A stretch of DNA of 61,469 nt, the filler included. It is 6 parts of 6 records of this genome, joined end to end, with 100 filler letters (N's around TTAATTAATTAA, not from the genome) between each part and the next. Parts side by side here need not be neighbours in the genome. Positions count along the whole stretch, not along the records: positions 39,638 to 48,863 come from SRR20825006_1834; positions 48,964 to 54,955 come from SRR20825006_1841; positions 55,056 to 61,469 come from SRR20825006_1870; 3 more parts are not named here. One strand, given 5' to 3'. The notes under the pieces are model-generated. The model ran no database searches, had not been told where the DNA came from, and saw nothing but the letters and a program-made list of their open reading frames with translations. The position numbers and the translations under genes were made by a program. Below are positions 47,792-57,143 of this stretch, one piece after another. Every line of letters begins with the position of its first letter. Position 1 is the first letter of the stretch.

Positions 47792-48250
47792 TCAGCCGAT
47801 GGGGCCGGTCAGCCGCTCTTCACTCAGCAACACGTTCGCCTCGACATCCCCTGCTCCCGGCAATGTCATGATCCGCCGCCGCAGCACCCGTTCGAAATCG
47901 GGCAGGTCACGTGCCACGACACGCAGGCGGTAGTCGTACAAGCCAAGGACGTGTTCCACCGTCTGCACCTCGGGGATAGCCGTCACCGCGCGTTCGAAAT
48001 CCTCAAGGCTGACGCGGCCCTTGGTCGCCAGTTTCACCCCCAGAAACACCGTCACGCCAAAGCCCACCGCCTCGGCATCAATCTGCAAACGGTGGCCCGC
48101 GATCACGCCGCTGTCTTTCAGGCGCTTGATCCGCCGCCATGTGGCAGGCTGCGACAGGCCCAGATCGCGGCCCAAGGCACCCGCGCTTTGCGTGGCATGC
48201 AGCGCCAGCGCGCGCAGCAAGGCGCGGTCGATGTCGTCCAGCTCCATCAT
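47792..48250 (-). CDS. Lrp/AsnC-family regulator
   Basis: LDDIDRALL, GLSQPATWRRIKRL, GLYDYRLRV. Confidence 0.92.
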   Translation of the reverse strand: MMELDDIDRALLRALALHATQSAGALGRDLGLSQPATWRRIKRLKDSGVIAGHRLQIDAEAVGFGVTVFLGVKLATKGRVSLEDFERAVTAIPEVQTVEHVLGLYDYRLRVVARDLPDFERVLRRRIMTLPGAGDVEANVLLSEERLTGPIG

Positions 48251-48702
48251 ATCGGCAACCTTTCGTCCGCCTTGATCCGCGCCACGTGCATCAACGGTTC
48301 GATGTCCGCGATATGCGGCAGGGTCAGAACCCGCGTCCGGTACACCCGCTGGTAATGCGCCATATCCTGCGCGATCACCGACAGGCGCACGTCGACACGC
48401 CCCAGAAAGGTCTGGATCTCGACCACCTCGGGCACCTCGCGCGCCGCTTTCAGGAACTCGTCAAAGGCCGCCGCGACCGTCTTGTCCAGCGTCACGCGCA
48501 GCGACACCTCGACGGAATAGCCCAAAGCCTGCCAATCGATCACGGCCCGCACGCCCTTGACCGCGCCCGTATCCATCAACCGCATCTGTCGGCGCTGCAC
48601 CCGCGCAGGTGTCATGCCACAGCGTTCGGCCAGCTCTGCAGGCGACAGAGTCGGGTCCGCCTGCCATTGGCGCAGAATGCGTCGATCCAGATCATCAAGC
48701 AT
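48247..48702 (-). CDS. Lrp/AsnC-family regulator
   Basis: LDDLDRRIL, IDWQALGY, PEVVE; ATGA-coupled to the second Lrp gene. Confidence 0.92.
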   Translation of the reverse strand: MLDDLDRRILRQWQADPTLSPAELAERCGMTPARVQRRQMRLMDTGAVKGVRAVIDWQALGYSVEVSLRVTLDKTVAAAFDEFLKAAREVPEVVEIQTFLGRVDVRLSVIAQDMAHYQRVYRTRVLTLPHIADIEPLMHVARIKADERLPI

Positions 48703-48834
48703 GAATTTTATGCCTTTTGCAGTTTAGGCGAATGATTCACCCTTCATCTTGCCAAATAAACTCAAAATCCAACGCTGACCATCCCCGTTGCGGGGCATAT
48801 GGTGCGGCCCAGAGACATATGGAAGGATACCAAC

Positions 48835-48863
48835 ATGCGCGTTTACTATGACCGCGATTGCGA
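48835..48863 (+). CDS. ilvC: Ketol-acid reductoisomerase, first codons only
   Basis: MRVYYDRDC N-terminus with AAGGA RBS, divergent from the Lrp pair; cut by the gap. Confidence 0.85.
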
Positions 48864-48963
48864 NNNNNNNNNNNNNNNNNNNNNNNNNNNNNNNNNNNNN
48901 NNNNNNNTTAATTAATTAANNNNNNNNNNNNNNNNNNNNNNNNNNNNNNNNNNNNNNNNNNNN
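48864..48963. other. Artificial contig linker
   Basis: N44-TTAATTAATTAA-N44. Confidence 0.99.
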
Positions 48964-48964
48964 A

Positions 48965-49294
48965 AAGCGCGTGGCCTTCACGCGCTTTAATTTGTTTTTG
49001 CGCGATGAGTTTTGCTGCCAATATTGCGGCTCGCGCGGCGATTTGACCTTTGATCATGTGATCCCACGGGCGCGTGGTGGGATCACATCCTGGGAAAATG
49101 TGGTGGCGGCCTGTTCGCCATGCAACCTGAAGAAAGGGTCAAAATCCCTGCGTCAGGTGGGCATGTCTTTGCGCAAGCCGCCGCGCCCGCCGGTGTCCGA
49201 GGAGCTGCGCAATATGGGGCGGAAATTCCCGCCGAACCATTTGCATGAAAGTTGGATCGACTATCTCTATTGGGACAGCGAATTGGACGCCTGA
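48965..49294 (+). CDS. HNH endonuclease (McrA-like, 5'-partial)
   Basis: RDEFCCQYCG, TFDHVIPRARGG, WENVVAACSPCNLKKG. Confidence 0.9.
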   Translation, partial: KRVAFTRFNLFLRDEFCCQYCGSRGDLTFDHVIPRARGGITSWENVVAACSPCNLKKGSKSLRQVGMSLRKPPRPPVSEELRNMGRKFPPNHLHESWIDYLYWDSELDA

Positions 49295-49310
49295 GACTTT
49301 GGAGGCGACA

Positions 49311-50291
49311 TTAAGCCGAACAGGACGCCCCACCCAAGACACAGAATTTCGCACAATGCGGGTGATTGAGCGCCACATCCCCCGCAGCCTCAGACAATGT
49401 CGCGCCCAGGTCAAATTCCGGTGCATAGGGCAGGAGCGTGCAGGCCACAACTGACGGTGCGGACCCTTTGCGTTTGACCACCATCCGGCTTGAGGCGCAC
49501 ATCACATCGCGCGGCGATTTGTTGAGAATGCCCCAACAGGCGGTGGTGATTTCGGGCACCTCGACAGACATATCCATTTCTGGGAAAATCACTGTCTTTC
49601 CTGGGTTATACGCGTCGATCTTATAGTCGTTTTCCGCAAAGAGCCGCGCAAATCCCGTCCGCGCGTCCTGATCCGTTTCATGCCAAAGCGAGCGCGCCGC
49701 CACGGCCAATGTCAGCCCCGCATCCCGCGCCCAATCCATGCCCGCCAAGGTCTTTTGAAAACTGCCTGCGCCGCGCATCTCATCGTGGTTGGCCTCGGAC
49801 CAATGATCGAGCGACACCCGCAGCGTCAGCATGCCGGGAAAGTCACGTTCGAGCGCCACAAGCCCGGCTTTGATATGCGGGCGCTGCATCGGCTGCATCG
49901 CATTGGTCAGGACTAAGACGTCATAGCCACGCACAAGGGCGGCTCGCGCCATGGCGATCATATCCGGGTTCATAAACGGCTCGCCGCCGGTAAAGGCAAT
50001 CTCGCGCAGGCCCCACTTCAAACCGTCGAGCTCGTTCAAATAGCTCTCAACCTCCGCAACCGTCAGATAGGCCAGCGCGTCATTGGTCGGCGAGCTGTCG
50101 ATATAACAATTGACGCAGGTGATATTGCAAAGCGTGCCCGTATTGAACCACAGGGTTTGCGGGTCGGTAAGAGCGACAGTGGCGCGTGCCTCGCCTGTGG
50201 CGGTCCGCTTTGGATCTTGGAATTTGCCGAGATTGGCGACGGGGAGGGATGTGTCCAAGTCTTTCATTATGTCTTTCGTCGCGTCTTTCAT
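49311..50291 (-). CDS. Radical SAM protein with a Cys-rich C-terminus
   Basis: CNITCVNC, FTGGEP, LTNA, VSLD; C-terminal HCAKFCVLGGASC. Confidence 0.9.
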   Translation of the reverse strand: MKDATKDIMKDLDTSLPVANLGKFQDPKRTATGEARATVALTDPQTLWFNTGTLCNITCVNCYIDSSPTNDALAYLTVAEVESYLNELDGLKWGLREIAFTGGEPFMNPDMIAMARAALVRGYDVLVLTNAMQPMQRPHIKAGLVALERDFPGMLTLRVSLDHWSEANHDEMRGAGSFQKTLAGMDWARDAGLTLAVAARSLWHETDQDARTGFARLFAENDYKIDAYNPGKTVIFPEMDMSVEVPEITTACWGILNKSPRDVMCASSRMVVKRKGSAPSVVACTLLPYAPEFDLGATLSEAAGDVALNHPHCAKFCVLGGASCSA

Positions 50292-50487
50292 AAAAGTCTC
50301 TGCGGGCTTTCTGGTAAGGGCTCTGTGTTTTGAGATCAGAGTTTGATCAGGCTAAAGCCTCGGCGCCGTTGTGAAAAGAGCGCACAATCGGATGCACAGG
50401 GATGTGAATTGCCGCTTTGGAAAAACTCAGGCTTGAGAGAGGGCAAAGCGGTGCTAGACTCTGAGGTGCCATCGCGGTAAATGATCC

Positions 50488-50503
50488 GCGTTAGCGCTAA
50501 CGC
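50488..50503. promoter_or_regulatory. LacI-family operator upstream of zwf
   Basis: Perfect 16-bp palindrome GCGTTAGCGCTAACGC about 40 nt before the zwf ATG. Confidence 0.72.
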
Positions 50504-50543
50504 CTCATAAGCCCCAATGCTGCGGGCCGAAAGGAACAGACAT

Positions 50544-51998
50544 ATGGCTTCTCGCGTCATTCCGGTCGAGGATTTCGACCTCGTGATTTTTGGTGGTACG
50601 GGTGATTTGGCCCGGCGAAAAATTCTGCCGGGGTTGTATCGCCGGTTTTGTTCTGGCCAGATGCCGGAAACCGCGCGGATCATTGGCGCCGCACGGTCCG
50701 AGCATGACACCGCAGAGTTTCGCCAGATTGTGCGCGACGCGATCCGCGAGTTTTCCAAAAAGAACGAGTGTGATGACGCGTTGATCGGCACGTTTTTAGA
50801 GCGGCTGCATTACGTTCAGGTCGACGCCAAAGGTGAGGATGGCTGGGGTGATCTGCGCGATTTGATGCGCAAGGATGTGGTGAAAGCCTATTATTTCTCG
50901 GTCGCGCCCAGCCTGTTTGGCGATCTGGCCGAGCGGCTGCAAGCCCATGGCATTGCCGACGAAGACGCCCGTATCGTGGTTGAAAAACCCTTTGGGCGTG
51001 ATCTGGCCAGTGCCAAAAAACTGAACCAGGACCTCGCCAAACATTTCGACGAAACACAGATTTACCGCATCGACCACTACCTTGGCAAAGAGACGGTGCA
51101 AAACCTGATGGCGGTGCGGTTCGGCAACATCCTGTTTGAGCCGCTGTGGAATTCGCAATATGTCGATCACATCCAAATCACCGTGGCCGAAACCGTCGGT
51201 GTGGGCGGGCGCGGTGAATATTACGACAAATCGGGCGCGATGCGCGACATGGTGCAAAACCACCTGATGCAGTTGTTGTGCCTGATCGCGATGGAGCCGC
51301 CGTCGCGGTTTGACCCGGATGCGGTGCGCGACGAAAAGCTCAAAGTCATTCGCGCGCTGGAGCCGATTGATCACCATCACATTGTGCGTGGTCAATATGA
51401 TGCCACCGAAACGGAACCGTCCTACCGCGAAGATGCCGGTGACCCGCGGTCGCGCACCGAAAGTTTCATCGCGCTGCGCTGTATGATTTCCAACTGGCGG
51501 TGGGCGGGCACGCCGTTCTATCTGCGCACCGGCAAAAAGCTAAAAGCCCGCGCGTCGGAAATTGCCGTGGTGTTCAAAGACGCGCCGCATTCGATCTTTG
51601 GCGAAGAGGCCGGGCGGCACGCCAATGTGCTGTCCATTCGGTTGCAGCCCAATGAGGGCATGACGTTGAAAGTGACCATCAAGGAGCCGGGTCCGGGCGG
51701 GATGCGCCTGATTGATGTGCCGCTGGATATGAGTTTTGCCGATGCCTTGGGCGAGGAGGCGGATGACATTCCAGATGCCTATGAACGGCTGATCATGGAT
51801 GTCATTCGCGGCAACCAAACTCTGTTCATGCGCGGCGATGAGGTCCAAGCCGCCTGGGCCTGGACCGATCCTTTGATCGAAAGCTGGGAATCGCGTTCTG
51901 ACGTTCCGAAACTTTATGACGCCTATTCCTCTGGCCCCGAGGACGCGGCAATGATGCTTCACCGTGAAGGGCGGCGTTGGCGGGAGATCAAGGAATGA
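50544..51998 (+). CDS. zwf: Glucose-6-phosphate 1-dehydrogenase
   Basis: FGGTGDLA, EKPFG, RIDHYLGKE, DMVQNH; start MASRVI at 50544. Confidence 0.97.
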   Translation: MASRVIPVEDFDLVIFGGTGDLARRKILPGLYRRFCSGQMPETARIIGAARSEHDTAEFRQIVRDAIREFSKKNECDDALIGTFLERLHYVQVDAKGEDGWGDLRDLMRKDVVKAYYFSVAPSLFGDLAERLQAHGIADEDARIVVEKPFGRDLASAKKLNQDLAKHFDETQIYRIDHYLGKETVQNLMAVRFGNILFEPLWNSQYVDHIQITVAETVGVGGRGEYYDKSGAMRDMVQNHLMQLLCLIAMEPPSRFDPDAVRDEKLKVIRALEPIDHHHIVRGQYDATETEPSYREDAGDPRSRTESFIALRCMISNWRWAGTPFYLRTGKKLKARASEIAVVFKDAPHSIFGEEAGRHANVLSIRLQPNEGMTLKVTIKEPGPGGMRLIDVPLDMSFADALGEEADDIPDAYERLIMDVIRGNQTLFMRGDEVQAAWAWTDPLIESWESRSDVPKLYDAYSSGPEDAAMMLHREGRRWREIKE

Positions 51999-52666
51999 GC
52001 TTTCTTGAATATCCCGACCGCGAGGTGATGCAGCTTGATCTGGCCAATAAGATTGCCGGAGAATTGCGCAGCGCTTTGGATCATCAAGACCGCGTGAGTT
52101 TTTGCGTTTCCGGCGGCTCCACACCGGGGCCGGTGTTTGACACGATCTCGGACGTGAGCCTGGACTGGGACCGGGTGGACGTGTTGCTCAATGACGAACG
52201 TTGGGTGCCTGAGAGCTCTGAGCGCTCCAACACCGCCATGCTCAAACGTCGCCTTTTGGTGAACAAAGCGGCACATGCACGCCTGATCCCGCTCTATGCC
52301 GATGTGCCCACGCCTGAGGACGGTTTGGCCGGGTTGATGCCCGCGATCGAGGCGATTTTGCCGATCAATGTGCTGCTCTTGGGCATGGGCGACGATATGC
52401 ACACCGCAAGCCTGTTTCCCGGTGCGGATCAATTGGACCTGGCGCTCTCGGATGAGGCACCCACGCTTTTGGCCATGCGCGCGCCCGGTGCAGCCGAACC
52501 CCGGATCACCCTGTCGGCGAACGCGCTCAAAACCGCGATTTCGACCCATATTCTGATCACCGGCGAAGGCAAGCGCAAAGCCTATGAGGCCGCCCGCGAT
52601 CTGCCCGCACAGGATGCCCCCGTGTCGGTGTTTTTGCCACAAGCGCATGTTCATTGGGCACCTTGA
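51995..52666 (+). CDS. pgl: 6-phosphogluconolactonase
   Basis: SGGSTP, DERWV, LGMGDDMHTASLFP; ATGA overlap with zwf. Confidence 0.96.
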   Translation: MSFLEYPDREVMQLDLANKIAGELRSALDHQDRVSFCVSGGSTPGPVFDTISDVSLDWDRVDVLLNDERWVPESSERSNTAMLKRRLLVNKAAHARLIPLYADVPTPEDGLAGLMPAIEAILPINVLLLGMGDDMHTASLFPGADQLDLALSDEAPTLLAMRAPGAAEPRITLSANALKTAISTHILITGEGKRKAYEAARDLPAQDAPVSVFLPQAHVHWAP

Positions 52667-52814
52667 CCATTCCGGGGGCCTCGGGCGCAAAAGAGACGCC
52701 TGAACACGCCGATTTCAAGACGGCTTTAGCCAGATTGAAACAAATCCAGTATAAGCGAGGTGACGCAAGGGTTTGACGATCCGGTCAAATCGGTGCCCGC
52801 CCAAAGGAGACCAA

Positions 52815-54440
52815 ATGTCCGTTGATTTTGCAGCACTCAAAGCGCTCCATGCCACTGCGGGAGACCGTCACATCCTTGAGCTTTTTCAACAGGATGAGGA
52901 CAGGGCTTCGCGGTTTTCGGCCATAGCGGATGGTCTTTTGTTTGATTATTCCAAAACCAATATGGATGACTCTGCGCTTGCGGCTTTGATGGCGCTTTTG
53001 GAGGTTGCAGGCGTCGCAGAGAAACGCGAAGCGATGTTCTCGGGTCAAAAGATCAACGACACCGAAGGCCGCGCCGTCTTGCACACAGCCTTGCGCAATC
53101 TCGATGGCGGCGAGGTCTTGGTTGACGGCAAGGATGTGATCGCGGGCGTGCGTCACACACTGGCGCGGATGGATGATTTTGCCGACCGGGTGCGGCGTGG
53201 GTCGATCTCCGCCTATTCCGGTGCGCCGTTTGAGGATGTGGTCAATATCGGCATCGGCGGCTCGGACCTGGGTCCGGTGATGGCCTATGAGGCGCTCAAA
53301 CCCTATGAGGATGGCCCGCGCTGTCATTTCGTGTCCAATGTCGATGGCGCCCATATCAACGACGTGCTCAAGGGGTTGAACCCGCAAACCACGCTGGTGA
53401 TTGTCGCCTCGAAAACCTTCACCACGATCGAGACCATGACCAATGCCAAAACGGCGCGCGATTGGTTGGTCAAAGCGGTCGGCGAAGAGGGGATTTCCAA
53501 ACATTTTGCCGCCCTTTCCACCGCCAAAGACAAAACGGCCGCCTTTGGCATCGACCCGGATCTGGTCTTTGGTTTTGAGGATTGGGTCGGCGGGCGCTAT
53601 TCGGTCTGGGGGCCGATTGGCCTGTCCTTGATGTTGGCGATTGGACCGCAAAAATTTGCCGAATTCCTGCGCGGTGCGCAGGCGATGGACACGCATTTCC
53701 GCACGGCCGAGTGGCAAGACAACCTTCCGGTGCTTTTGGCGCTGGTCGGGATTTGGCACAATCAGGTCTGTGGTTACGCCACCCGTGCGGTTTTGCCCTA
53801 TGAGCAGCGTTTGGTGCGGCTTCCGGCCTATTTGCAACAGCTTGAGATGGAATCAAACGGCAAAGGCGTGGCGATGGATGGCACAGATTTGCCATTCAAC
53901 AGCGGACCGGTTGTCTGGGGCGAACCCGGCACCAACGGCCAACATGCGTTTTACCAATTGATCCACCAAGGCACGCGGGTTGTGCCCTGTGAATTTTTGG
54001 TCGGTCGCTTTGGTCATGAAAAAGGGCTGGAGCATATGCACGAGCTCTTGGTGTCCAACTGTCTGGCGCAATCTGAGGCGCTTTTGCGTGGGCGCTCGCT
54101 GGATGAGGCGCGCGCGATCATGGCCGCCAAAGGGTTTGAGGGCGCGGAATTGGAACGGCAAGCCCTCCACCGCGTTTTCCCCGGCAATCGTCCGTCGACC
54201 ACGCTGGCCTATGAAAAACTCACACCGTTCGTTTTGGGGCAAATCGTGGCGCTTTATGAGCATCGGGTGTTTGTCGAGGGCGTGATCCTTGGCATCAACT
54301 CCTTTGATCAATGGGGGGTTGAGCTTGGCAAGGAGCTGGCTCTGGCGTTGCAGCCGGTTTTGGCGGGCGAGGCGGATGGCGCGGGCAAAGACGGTTCGAC
54401 GCTACAATTGGTGCAATATTTGCAGACCAAAACGGCCTGA
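52815..54440 (+). CDS. pgi: Glucose-6-phosphate isomerase
   Basis: [46 protein letters not shown] before 52815. Confidence 0.97.
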   Translation: MSVDFAALKALHATAGDRHILELFQQDEDRASRFSAIADGLLFDYSKTNMDDSALAALMALLEVAGVAEKREAMFSGQKINDTEGRAVLHTALRNLDGGEVLVDGKDVIAGVRHTLARMDDFADRVRRGSISAYSGAPFEDVVNIGIGGSDLGPVMAYEALKPYEDGPRCHFVSNVDGAHINDVLKGLNPQTTLVIVASKTFTTIETMTNAKTARDWLVKAVGEEGISKHFAALSTAKDKTAAFGIDPDLVFGFEDWVGGRYSVWGPIGLSLMLAIGPQKFAEFLRGAQAMDTHFRTAEWQDNLPVLLALVGIWHNQVCGYATRAVLPYEQRLVRLPAYLQQLEMESNGKGVAMDGTDLPFNSGPVVWGEPGTNGQHAFYQLIHQGTRVVPCEFLVGRFGHEKGLEHMHELLVSNCLAQSEALLRGRSLDEARAIMAAKGFEGAELERQALHRVFPGNRPSTTLAYEKLTPFVLGQIVALYEHRVFVEGVILGINSFDQWGVELGKELALALQPVLAGEADGAGKDGSTLQLVQYLQTKTA

Positions 54441-54459
54441 ACCCTCTAAAAATAAATGC

Positions 54460-54487
54460 AAAAAGGCGCCCAATGTGGCGCCTTTTC
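54460..54487. terminator. Bidirectional intrinsic terminator
   Basis: AAAAGGCGCC-CAATGT-GGCGCCTTTT between convergent pgi and SCP2 genes. Confidence 0.75.
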
Positions 54488-54519
54488 TGTGTGTTATGTG
54501 GTTATTTTAGTGTGACACC

Positions 54520-54813
54520 TTAACCAAACATCGCACCAAATTTCATCGCGGTTTTCGCATCCCCTGCAATCTTCAGCTTGCCAAACAGCGCCGCTTTCAT
54601 CGGATTCAATGTTCCGGCGAGGATTTTCTCAAAACTCTCCTGATCGGCCATGATCGCGCAATCGGCGCGTGCGTCAGAGACCTCGACCCCTTGGCCAAAA
54701 ATCACCAAATTGCCCACGTCCTTGATCCGCAGCGAGACGGATTTTTCAAAATTTTCACTCTCAAGCCGCTGCAACAACGCGGCCTTGGCGGTTTCTAAAA
54801 ATGGATGTGTCAT
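54520..54813 (-). CDS. SCP2 sterol/lipid-binding domain protein
   Basis: ADCAI...LAGTLNPMKAALFGKLKIAGD; start MTHPF at 54813. Confidence 0.85.
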   Translation of the reverse strand: MTHPFLETAKAALLQRLESENFEKSVSLRIKDVGNLVIFGQGVEVSDARADCAIMADQESFEKILAGTLNPMKAALFGKLKIAGDAKTAMKFGAMFG

Positions 54814-54925
54814 GTGGCGTCTCCCCTTTAAATCAATCCCTAGCGTGGACAGAGGCGATCGCCCAGAGAGACGCTGCGTCGAAACGCGATGTCTCCTGCA
54901 AAATTCGGGGATCAAATGGGACGTT

Positions 54926-54955
54926 TGGAGCGGGTAACGAGAATCGAACTCGTAA
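54926..54955 (-). tRNA. tRNA-Gly, 3' fragment
   Basis: Minus strand TTACGAGTTCGATTCTCGTTACCCGCTCCA: T-arm, CCCGC acceptor, U discriminator, CCA; anticodon not visible. Confidence 0.8.
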
Positions 54956-55055
54956 NNNNNNNNNNNNNNNNNNNNNNNNNNNNNNNNNNNNNNNNNNNNT
55001 TAATTAATTAANNNNNNNNNNNNNNNNNNNNNNNNNNNNNNNNNNNNNNNNNNNN
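54956..55055. other. Artificial contig linker
   Basis: N44-TTAATTAATTAA-N44; base composition switches abruptly to AT-rich afterwards. Confidence 0.99.
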
Positions 55056-55057
55056 GT

Positions 55058-55201
55058 GTTTGGGGACCAAAAAAGTTTATGGGCAAAGAATATGATGGCA
55101 TTCATCGTACCACGTTTATTGTAGAAAACGGAACGGTAACCCGGGTTATAGGAAAGGTAAAAACCAAAGACCACGCCGCGCAAATTTTAACCGAAGCATA
55201 A
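55058..55201 (+). CDS. bcp: Peroxiredoxin Bcp/PrxQ (C-terminal fragment, absent from the ORF track)
   Basis: Translated by hand: VWGPKKFMGKEYDGIHRTTFIVENGTVTRVIGKVKTKDHAAQILTEA. Confidence 0.9.
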   Translation, partial: VWGPKKFMGKEYDGIHRTTFIVENGTVTRVIGKVKTKDHAAQILTEA

Positions 55202-55224
55202 AACGTTTCAAAACATACCATTAG

Positions 55225-55253
55225 AAATCCGCTCCTGTAGCGGATTTTTTTTT
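55225..55253 (+). terminator. Intrinsic terminator after bcp
   Basis: AAATCCGCT-CCTGT-AGCGGATTT followed by a long T run. Confidence 0.85.
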
Positions 55254-55498
55254 GCAACCTATTGAAGGTGAGTTTTCTATTGATTTGTCTTTAAGGCAAC
55301 TACCTCACAATCTTCAATTTTACCTTAAAATGAGCTTCTTAACATAAAGCCTTAGAACAATTTTAAATAGTAATGTTGAGGTAACTTTTTTAACCTTCAA
55401 TTGATTTAAAATTAATTCAAGCACGATACTGAGTTAACGCCGAAAAATGCTGGTCTAGATAGATTTGTTTCCAACTAAAAATCAAATTTCTATTAAAC

Positions 55499-57067
55499 AT
55501 GACTACATTAAAAAAACTTTTATTCAACCTTATGATGCTTGCATCTGTGGGTGTGGTATTTATTGCTTGTGAGGGTGAAGATGGCCTTGATGGGGCAGAC
55601 GGCGTAGATGGCGTTGACGGTACCGATGGTGTTGACGGCCAGGATGGTGAGGACGGGGAAGACTTTACTCCAACCGCTGAACTTTTTGCAAACAAATCAA
55701 GCTTAGAGCCGCTAGTACAAATGTCTCCGGCTTTCAACTTTGTAAAGCCTTATTCGTTGATCAGTACTTCTGATGTGATCGGGGAGACCAATTTTCAAAT
55801 GGCAGGTTCTGCAGACGGTGCCGGTTTCTTAAAAGATCCTAACAGCGACGGATATATTTATGTAGTTAATAACGAAGATCACTATGCGGTATCTCGTATT
55901 TTCTTAGACGAGAACTTAATTCCTGTTAAAGGTGATTACTTATTGAATTCTGGTGTGGCAGATTGGGCACGCCAATGTAGTGCTACAATGTGGGAAGCAG
56001 ACATTCACGGAGGTAGCGAAGATATTTTCTTATCAGCATCAGAGAGCTATAGCTATAAAGTAAAAGCGATTGATCCTTATGTAGAGACTCCAACTCCTAC
56101 AGCAGATTTTGGTCTGGCAGCATTGGGCGAGTTCTCTTGGGAAAACGCGGTTCCATTACCTAAAGATGCCTATACCGGAAAAACGGTGATCATAGGTGGT
56201 GATGACGATTCTAGCGGTTCTGAAGGCCAAGTTGTACTATATTATTCAGAAAACGGCGACGCAGATCTTGAAGGAGGTAAAGTTTATGTTTTAAAACTGA
56301 AGCAAATCTCTGACGGAAACGGTGGCGTAATCGCTGCTGAAGAAGGCCAGATCTACAACGAAGGTGATCTTGATTTCAAAGCGACTTATGATGTAGAATT
56401 TGTTGAAATTCCTGACGCTGCAAACCTCAGCGCAAGCGAGATGGAAGATGCTTGTATTGAAGTTGGTGCTTCGGCATTTATGCGTGTTGAAGATGTAGAT
56501 TATCAGAAAGGTTCTGATGCTAATGGTCGCAATGTGTATTTCGCTGTAACCGGTAGAGGTCCCGGAGCAGGAACGTATAATGACTGGGGAACCGTTTATA
56601 AATTAGAACTTGATGCAGATGCTCCGTTAACCGGAAAGCTTACCCAAGTAGTAAGCGGAAACACAGACACAAACAATATGGACGGGAACCTTGCAAGCTT
56701 GCAGAGCCCTGACAACATTTGTGTGACTGAGAACTATGTATACTTTCAAGAAGATCCAAATTCATTCAACAGAAATCATAATTCATACATCTATCAGAGT
56801 GATTTAAATGGAGATAATATCGAAGTTGTATTACGCTTACGAGTTGACCAGAACTTAGCTGAAGATCCAGGTGTGGTTTACAACGGAGAGTTTGGTTCTT
56901 TAATTGATATTTCTGATAAAATAGGGGTAGACGGTACTTTTGTTCTAGCGCTTCAGCCTCATTACTGGACTGATGATTTCTTCCAAGGATTAGATGGTCA
57001 CATCATTTCTGGTCGTGAAAACAGACAAGGTTCTCAAGTAATTTTATTACAAGGCTTACCAAGATAA
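55499..57067 (+). CDS. PhoX/DUF839-like beta-propeller lipoprotein with an N-terminal Gly-X-Asp repeat
   Basis: Lipobox FIAC; motifs in PhoX order NNE, QCSA, ASES, GEFSWENAV, GGDD, FMRVED, SPDN, FQED, GEF, LQPH. Confidence 0.75.
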   Translation: MTTLKKLLFNLMMLASVGVVFIACEGEDGLDGADGVDGVDGTDGVDGQDGEDGEDFTPTAELFANKSSLEPLVQMSPAFNFVKPYSLISTSDVIGETNFQMAGSADGAGFLKDPNSDGYIYVVNNEDHYAVSRIFLDENLIPVKGDYLLNSGVADWARQCSATMWEADIHGGSEDIFLSASESYSYKVKAIDPYVETPTPTADFGLAALGEFSWENAVPLPKDAYTGKTVIIGGDDDSSGSEGQVVLYYSENGDADLEGGKVYVLKLKQISDGNGGVIAAEEGQIYNEGDLDFKATYDVEFVEIPDAANLSASEMEDACIEVGASAFMRVEDVDYQKGSDANGRNVYFAVTGRGPGAGTYNDWGTVYKLELDADAPLTGKLTQVVSGNTDTNNMDGNLASLQSPDNICVTENYVYFQEDPNSFNRNHNSYIYQSDLNGDNIEVVLRLRVDQNLAEDPGVVYNGEFGSLIDISDKIGVDGTFVLALQPHYWTDDFFQGLDGHIISGRENRQGSQVILLQGLPR

Positions 57068-57088
57068 CAACCAACCATTATAGTCTTT

Positions 57089-57117
57089 AAACCTCCACAA
57101 ATTCTTGTGGAGGTTTT
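57089..57117 (+). terminator. Stem-loop between the phoX-like and di-heme genes
   Basis: AAACCTCCACAA-ATTC-TTGTGGAGGTTT, 12-bp stem. Confidence 0.7.
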
Positions 57118-57143
57118 GTCATAAATACCTATTACCTGTTTCT

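Noticed and set aside
48965-49294. HNH nuclease as a defence or mobile-element marker
   Set aside because: Looks like the ordinary small chromosomal HNH protein; no methylase, integrase or phage genes in the contig, and the upstream context is lost
54814-54955. Genomic island or attachment site at the tRNA-Gly 3' end
   Set aside because: Fragment is cut by the contig end; no integrase or duplicated tRNA end is visible and the flanking genes are housekeeping
55300-55440. Pho-box-like TTAAC/GTAAC direct repeats upstream of the phoX-like gene
   Set aside because: Region is very AT-rich and the spacing is irregular (11 then 9 nt); not distinguishable from chance by eye
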